This document shows, piece after piece, positions 63,907 through 64,000 of a stretch of DNA of 64,000 nt. The notes beneath the pieces are model-generated. The model saw only the letters and a list, made by a program, of their open reading frames with translations. It ran no database searches and was not told the origin of the DNA. Position 1 is the stretch's first letter. Each line of letters begins with the position of its first letter. The translations under genes were made by a program, and so were the position numbers. The DNA is taken from positions 138,012,001-138,076,000 of the forward strand of contig NC_058373.1 in the NCBI RefSeq assembly GCF_018350175.1. The letters run 5' to 3'. The DNA comes from Felis catus (taxonomy: Eukaryota).

Positions 63907-64000
63907 CAACAGCAGTGACAGCAGAAAGTAATGAACTTACAGATCTGGCTAAGGAGGTTTGCAGGTGGAACGCTAAAAGTGCCAACTGGCTTCTTTTCGC

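Overview
Mammalian genomic DNA, almost certainly from a felid: it is dense in cat-type CAN-SINEs, with L1, MLT1 and MER5/MER58 relics. The window is the SYNE3-SNHG10/SCARNA13-GLRX5 locus, syntenic to human 14q32.13 (synteny recalled, not searched). It contains: (1) a CpG island at ~12.2-13.4 kb with a perfect minus-strand splice donor, probably the non-coding first exon of SYNE3; (2) a complete 275-nt tandem box H/ACA scaRNA (SCARNA13/U93, 28203-28477, minus) inside a SNHG10-like host lncRNA; (3) a CCAAT/ETS/X-box bidirectional CpG-island promoter; (4) the two-exon GLRX5 gene (CDS 29747-30041 + 39470-39648, 157 aa), whose CGFS active-site codons fall in an N gap. The most distinctive feature is a tailless, 3'-truncated 7SK retrocopy just downstream of the GLRX5 polyA signal. 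It shares a triplicated target site with a later CAN-SINE, and both sit inside an MLT1 LTR. Other leads are heat-shock-element arrays in the probable SYNE3 intron, a palindrome plus X-box in SNHG10 exon 1, and inverted SINE pairs. Nearly all ORFs in the supplied track are spurious. I see no evidence for a new multi-gene system; the findings are regulatory or retrotransposition observations. Comparisons to human sequences are from memory and need alignment.
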